Source of the DNA: Lepidodermella squamata
Lineage: Eukaryota; Animalia; Gastrotricha
Assembly: GCA_047495785.1 (NCBI GenBank)
Contig: JBLDXI010000001.1
Span: forward strand, 992,001-1,056,000
DNA length: 64,000 nucleotides
Reading direction: 5' to 3'
Of the stretch, positions 59,063 through 64,000 are shown in pieces. The notes beneath the pieces were generated by a model. That model was given only the letters and a program-made list of their open reading frames with translations, was not told the DNA's origin and ran no database searches. The position numbers and the translations under genes are program-made. How positions within the stretch are numbered: position 1 is the stretch's first letter; each line of letters opens with the position of its first letter.

Positions 59063-62000
59063 TGGTTTCCCTGGAACCCTCAATTTATTAGAAAATAAAA
59101 AATGTCAGGTCAGACCACAGCGAAGTTCCATGTTCCAATTTATTTTGTCAATGATTTTTTCTGTATGTTTTTCTGTATTGAAACTGCCCATCAAAATCAA
59201 AATGGATTCGGCTTTCGATAATGATTCTATTAGGATCAAGCCGAGTTTTTTGCTAGAGACATCTTATTTCGGTTGCCTGAAGCAGATCTGCACCTCCAAT
59301 TTAATACCGATATTTCTGAAATAGAATTACGAGTCACTTGAGGGTTCATTCCAGCGTGAACAACTTGCTAAAAATTGATGTTAGATGTTGGATCTATTTG
59401 AAGGTTACGTCAGCCGATTATGTTTTCGAAGCTTCTATTGAACTCTTGAATGTGCCAGGGATTAAAATTTCAAATAGTCCCGATTGAACCCGGGAGGTTT
59501 TATCTTCAGCTCATCCAACAGCAAAATTGCACTGCTTCTCGTATTCGCGGATAACTCTCAAATTGGAAGAAAATCCATGATCATATAATCATTTGCCATC
59601 ATTATTTTTGCTATGGTTGAAAAACATGCCAACTCAACAATGGTAAGTGAAAACTGTAGTCAAGTATAATAAACACAAGTAACGCCGCGGTGCGCTCTGC
59701 GTGTTTATTATTCGAAAATAGGCATCGCTAAATGATCATCCATTAGTTTTTACCTATCGTTTATTGATTGAATTCACGCGCTGTGCGCTTTTTACGCAAT
59801 TTTGTAATAAGACATTGAAAATAAACACTGTTATTACCTCGACTACTGCCTATTAGGCGGGCCAAAAATGATAGTACGTGTTATGTTGAATTATTATCAT
59901 TATCGGTAATTTGTTCCACATTACTTGAAAATTGTTCACAATCGTCGACTTCTTCATGTAAACTGGCAGGTGGTATGGCCGTGGCTGGGCCGCGTTAAGG
60001 CGCGCGCACTCACTCGATGCGCCAATCACTACGCACCTTGTGCCACCTTAAAAATGCGCGCATCCAAGCTATTCAGTGTGTAAATAAACGCCGCGCGCTT
60101 TTGGAAGTGATTAAAGGCATGCGCGTCTTGGTGGCCGCTAAATGGCACATCCTATACTAGCCTACTCGCTCGGTATATCACTGGCTACTCGAACTACCGC
60201 GAACACTTTCACACCTTAGTAGCTCGGAAATACCTGGGCCGGCAAATTGTTTTATAAAAATGTAATAATATGTTATTGTTACCGCTGTGATATGCCTGTT
60301 GTTGTTGTTATTAGGTACGAGAACAAGAAGTGATAGCTGATGAGTATGTGATGAGCGCGCCGCGGCGAAGAAATGCGCAAATAGGTGATGGCCGGCTTTG
60401 TAATAAATATGCATAGGTATATATCATAATCAATATTTGTTTATAGTCGTCAGTCATACGGCGATAATCAGCCGCAGATAGTTAGCAGTAGTAATTGTTC
60501 TTTTTACACGCTTCGCACCTGTACAAGCCTTTCAATAATTGCATGGTGAGAGTCGATGCTCAATGATCAATCAGCTGCTGTGCACTGCCAGCTACCTAGG
60601 TGTGTATAATAATTTTTCGAGATAATAAAAAGGCTTTTATCGCGCTCGGTGGGTCAATTGCGCAGCTTTGAAAGCGACTTGAGTGCGGCGTGATGTATTA
60701 TCTCCAACTATACCCGAGCAATATCTCTCCTCTCGCGGACTCGTTTGTATTTGCTTGTTGTTATGGAGAGGGGCCTTTTGCTCCAATGCTTACACAACAA
60801 GAACGGTTTTGCAGGGTAATAATAGTGGGTGGAGAGGCTCACCTTGTGTTTTATTGAGTCCCCTGTATATATGTGTGTGCGATACATGGGTCGCTGAAGT
60901 GGCGCCTCTCGAGACACTAAATGAGGCAACTCTGGTCGACTAGGTATTTCCGCGTCTGATTGACAGCTGGTGGGATCGGCCTCGCAACGGGTGCGCTTGG
61001 TTACACTCTCAGGTCGACCCTTGTTATTGTTGTTGCTGTTAACAATATTGCTAATAATTGTTGCTGATTGACACCACACGAAGATGATACATTATTTCCG
61101 AGGCGACGCGATGTCTCCTATACTACCATTAACTATCAAATGTGTATACACAGTAGAAACGGTTTTATTGCTCGTTATATTTTTGTTTTGCGAGAGTAGC
61201 GTGAACGTCAACATCGCAGCCAACCACCTGCACACCTACAACAATCATAATCATCATCATCACCGGTTCATTGTTGAACAAAAACAACAGCTTTAAGGTT
61301 AACTGCGCGATTCAGCCGGACAGAGAGTGCGGCGAAAATTGACCAAGAAATTAATGTGAGGAAAATAAAGACTAATTTCCAATAATGTGAAATTAGAATC
61401 GAAATTTGAAATTGATTGAATTAAAATGAAGGGAAATTCATTTCAGTTAGCATCTTTCGGACTGAGTTCATAAGATATGAAAGGAAAAATCAATCACGAC
61501 TATACGTTTATTTTCTTCCTAGTTTAATTCGCAGCCGATACTACGCGCTTGAATATGACGACACAAGACCTTGATGACTGGACAGGTAGTTTTGTACTCG
61601 CTAATCAAAAATGATGTCGCTGCAAAAATTTGGTGTGAATAGGTAATAAATCAATTACTGAATTTCAGTTTGTCACTATGTAAAAATTTGCGTCAAAATC
61701 ACGGTGTTACGACGCTGATGCGAAGCGACTCGTAGTTGTTAATTGCCGATGAGAGGGTTATGTCTATCGTCTAATAAGATAATATAATAACACATAAGAG
61801 CCAGGCTCACCCCGGGCCTTCTCACCCTCGTGGCGCTGATCTCAAGTTTGGCATTTCCCGAGCGCGAGTGAGATGCCTGATAGCGACAGCACTTGATAAG
61901 AGCGACTAGTGTGTTCTAAGAATAAGAGGGCACAATTTCACGTCAATCACCCGAGCGCTCTCATCGTTTTGTTGTTATCCCATCTTCAAACTATCCAAGA

Positions 62001-62477
62001 CAAAATATTATCGACGCGCACATCTCGTCTGGTGGCCGTTAACCACCGCACACCTAGGCGACGCTTACTCCCCCCTGTTATACTCTGCTGCTGCTGCCAA
62101 TAATAATAACAGTAATACCTAACTGCGCGATGAGTGCATTTCTATTGCGTTATACAACTGAGCACACAATGGACAGGTATACGATCTCGCTGCTCTTGTC
62201 TTATCTTTCCTAGGCGCGCGCAAACACTCGCGCTCACTCGCTCACCTGCGCGCACCTCGACGCTGATTGGTCGGCCGCGCATCGCGCCAGCCAACGGCAG
62301 CCCAGCCTGCCCGCTGCCGTCAATCATCCGTATACAGAGATATTAATAAGAACAATAACAATAACTTTCGCGCATACCACACTCAGCCCAGCGAGGCACG
62401 AAAAATCTTCTTCATTTTCGCTCGATTCACATTTATTACTATCAAGTTTTCGGTAGTTGAACCTAAACCCACCGAAA

Positions 62478-62775
62478 ATGACCTCAGCCCTTACGATTGA
62501 CAATCAGAGACGCGCGAATACGTTCTCGATCGCTAACATCCTCGGAATCGATACAACAACTGGCGTCGGATCGTCGGCTGGCAGTGCCGAGATAAACCAC
62601 CGAAAACGAAAGATCGCTCCAGCTCATAGCGGCAGCTTCGATGACGACCAGCCGAACGCATTTCGCCGGCGGCACAGCAACGAAAAATCATCACCGGATA
62701 GCAACAATCAGAACAGACGGCAGCAATCACTTCATGTCGATATCGAAGGCTCGAATGACGACTTTCCTAATGCAG
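62478..62775 (+). CDS. First coding exon of an eh1-motif (Groucho-binding) transcription factor, probably a homeobox gene (3'-partial)
   Basis: ATG in AAAATG context; TFSIANIL fits eh1 consensus FSIxxIL (62523-62543); basic HRKRK; donor G|GTACGT; ATTGG (CCAAT) box ~62266. The DNA-binding domain was not found in the window. Confidence 0.7.
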
Positions 62776-64000
62776 GTACGTATTAGTTTTACTTCCGATT
62801 AAGGTGCTTTGAATCCCTGACTAATGTGAATCATTTTCTCTTCGAGATTTGACCAGAAATTACGGTCCTTATTTTATATATTAGGAGTTCAAATAGGAGT
62901 ACTAGTATTCAATTATAGTATTAAATTAGAAGTATCAGTATTAGTAGTTCAATAGAACATTTTGTCAAGGTTCAACTCAAGTTTATTTTGTCTTTTATTA
63001 TTCGGCTCAAATCAATCGACTTTCTGCGTTGATTTGAAATCGCAGCCCTTGTGTCCTGGGTGAAAATTCTAGTTAACCCGGGTGCGTTTCTTTAGACGCA
63101 GTCGGAAGATTGCATTCAAACGTTGATATCTCTCAATCTTCATCGTTTTAAAATTGAAAATTTCACGCCTTTCTATAGAAAAGTTTGCTTCATTTTACCT
63201 GTCAAGTTCGTTTCTTTTCGTTCAATTTTGGTACGCCGACGCATTTTTGCTATTGGCTCTCCCCTATTTTCACAAGGAATATCGATATAAAACCGGACTG
63301 GTTTTAGTCTTAGCTAATTTTAGCGTTAATCTTAATCGTTAGCGGTGGCTATAAGCAAATTTTCGCTTATATTTTTGGCGTGAATATTGCGCGCTTATGT
63401 TGCGCCTGCCTGTCAAATGCGCAGCGCTAGTGCGTCAAAAGGCGCGGCGGTGTGAGGTGCAATAAATTCAATCTAAGAAGCTCAATTATTAAACAATAAC
63501 AGAGACCCCTCGCTCTAGGCATAGGGTGCGATTGACGCAGTTTGCGAGTGATAATAAAACCAAAATTATTATCATATTAACGAGCCACGCGCTTAATCAT
63601 CACGCAGCACCGGTGTCTGCTGCTGCCGCAGTTAATTAATTCGAATATACTCCCTTGAATATTTTATCATTTCGAACGCGCGTTCGCCCGCGCATTTTTT
63701 GCGCCGAGGTGCGCAAAAATTTGGCGCGCGCGCGCGGAAATTGCTGTGCGATATTCGCACTTGGCCAAAGTTGAGCATTTCCGGCTGGCGGCGGCGTGTC
63801 GCGGCGCGCCTCGCTGCCGATCTGGCAATATTTGCTCGGTGTGATGCGGGTGTCGATGAACTCTCATCTCGCCATAATAATGTAATGTGCGATACCTATA
63901 AATAACACACCGGCGGCCGTCGGCTATTTAGAAGTAGCCCGGCGTGTCCATCATCATCGAGGCGCGCTTTTTGTCTCTTCGGCAGAGGAATTTCCCGAGA

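Noticed and set aside
59130-62350. Short ORFs upstream of the eh1 gene
   Set aside because: Short, no coding bias or motifs; consistent with non-coding DNA.
1-64000. CRISPR arrays, operons, prophage, or an alternative genetic code
   Set aside because: Spliceosomal introns and animal genes throughout; no repeat-spacer arrays; conserved motifs translate correctly with the standard code.

Overview
Gene-dense genomic DNA from an invertebrate animal, probably a protostome. GC-rich exons are separated mostly by short (~48-63 nt) AT-rich GT-AG introns, and the standard code is used. In order: the 3' part of a twitchin/projectin-type giant muscle kinase gene (7.4-kb disordered cassette exon, candidate micro-exons, two alternative C-termini); a compact p62/SQSTM1; an SLC3 (4F2hc/rBAT)-like gene with an extra C-terminal GPI-like signal; FHIP1/FAM160A with non-LTR retrotransposon debris in its last intron; MGAT5; a divergent class-A GPCR; a small secreted precursor with a promelittin-style dipeptide pro-segment beside a PLAT-less pancreatic-lipase-family gene; an intronless 1027-aa vWA protein; gamma-glutamyl transpeptidase; a Na,K-ATPase-like P2C pump with rewired ion-binding sites; three identical tRNA-Thr(CGU) genes, two of which bracket an antizyme-like reading frame with unusual frame structure; and the first exon of an eh1-motif transcriptional repressor. 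All exon boundaries were read by eye and all homology calls come from motif recognition; no database searches were run.
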